From assembly GCF_030684315.1 (NCBI RefSeq), contig NC_081373.1:40587989-40651988 (forward strand): a stretch of 64,000 nt of DNA, in the 5' to 3' direction. The notes beneath the pieces were generated by a model, which did no database searches, was not told where the DNA came from, and saw only the letters and a program-made list of their open reading frames with translations. Position numbers and translations under genes: made by a program. How positions within the stretch are numbered: the stretch's first letter is position 1; every line of letters begins with the position of its first letter. Origin of the DNA: Stegostoma tigrinum. Its lineage: Eukaryota. Shown piece by piece: positions 62,932-64,000 of this stretch.

Positions 62932-64000
62932 GAGATGAGCGTTTGTTTTTGTTTTTCTCTTAGAGTCACTAGTCTGTTGAATTCTCCTCCCCAAAGACAG
63001 TGGAGGCTGAGTCATTGAACACATTCAATGCAGAGTTTGAAGAGTTCTCAATTGATAGGGGCAGGCTGGAAAGTAAGAGTTTTATTCACAATCAGTCTAG
63101 CCATGATTGTATAGTATAGCCGAGTTGGCTCAGGAGGGTCAATGCCCTACTCCAGATATTAATTCTTATGTTCTTAAGTGTTTCTTTTCAGCAGCTTAAA
63201 GCTTCCCCATGGTGGCTCCCTCAGTTGGGCACTGAATGCCTGATATTGAGAGAATTCCCCACATTGAGGCCACGGGAAAACTCAACAGGGTTTGCTGCAC
63301 AGCTTTCAGGAGGCACAGCAGACTCATTTGAAACCCAAAAATACATCCCAAGCCTTCATTGAATGCCAGTGAGTTCAGGGATAATTGGCTTTAAGTGGTC
63401 ATTAAAGAACGATTAACTGACAGTCTTCCATCAATATGTGGGATTCCCACATCGGGTCTTGGCTGACATTCAGTACAGCTTTCCTGCTGCCCAGGATCAC
63501 ATGCAGATATTCCCACCAGATTTTCCTAGCACCCACCATCGTCCCTGTTCCTGTGTGCTCTCTAAATTGCCCCCAGGTCTTTGAAGAGCAAAGTTGTCTG
63601 TCATGCAGAAATAAAGATAGTCCTGGAAATCTGTGCTATAAGTTGTCCCTAATGGTCTTAACTCTCTGAAATATTGGCAAACGCAATAATGATCCTGGTA
63701 GTTCTACAGGCCTTTCAGAAACTGCCATGCCTACCTCTGTTTGTTGTTCCTGCCAGACATCATTAGCTCGAAATAACCAGCTTACTTTGACGTCCACTAT
63801 TCATGTTGAACTGCTTAAAATTGCAGAAAAACTGTGTAAATCCAACATTCTGAAATCAGCATCAATAGCCTTTTTATAATCAGGAAGAGGAAAATATGTC
63901 TATAAATTCTTAAAGAACGTTGACATTCAATTTAGCAAAATTTTCAAACAGTTTCAGCTGAAAAAATTGCAGGAACAGAGTGTTATCTCTGTAAAATCCA

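Larger units (their letters stand above)
56870..63175 (+). mobile_element. Old CR1 host broken into 56870-57803, 61225-61535, 62421-62432 and 62932-63175 by three insertions
   Basis: CR1 RT and 3' sequence stay collinear across all three breakpoints. Confidence 0.8.

Overview
This is transposon-dense vertebrate DNA, most likely from a shark. The taxon call rests on an HE1-type V-SINE and CR1/HER1-like LINE tails. I found no confidently recognisable host protein-coding gene, and nearly all ORFs in the supplied track are TE fragments or shadow frames. The window holds many CR1 LINE pieces and a second CR1-group LINE family, whose longest copy carries a tRNA-derived SINE-type head in place of ORF1, plus matching short SINEs. 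It also holds a decayed Gypsy element, two solo LTRs with clean TSDs, RTE and Harbinger-like relics, and three Penelope-like element (PLE) families that each carry a minimal hammerhead-ribozyme motif. Three observations stand out. First, there are nine head-to-head PLE insertions, five of them 170-250 bp palindromes. Most have 8-16 bp TSDs, their outer ends stop at one of two fixed TATCT(C) positions, and their centres fall at the hammerhead motif. Second, a tRNA-headed, ORF2-only LINE was inserted as one unit and shares both ends with local SINEs. Third, a PLE RT+GIY-YIG frame of about 636 codons looks uninterrupted at 1-1910 and is missing from the ORF track. All family names come from motif recognition, not database searches.
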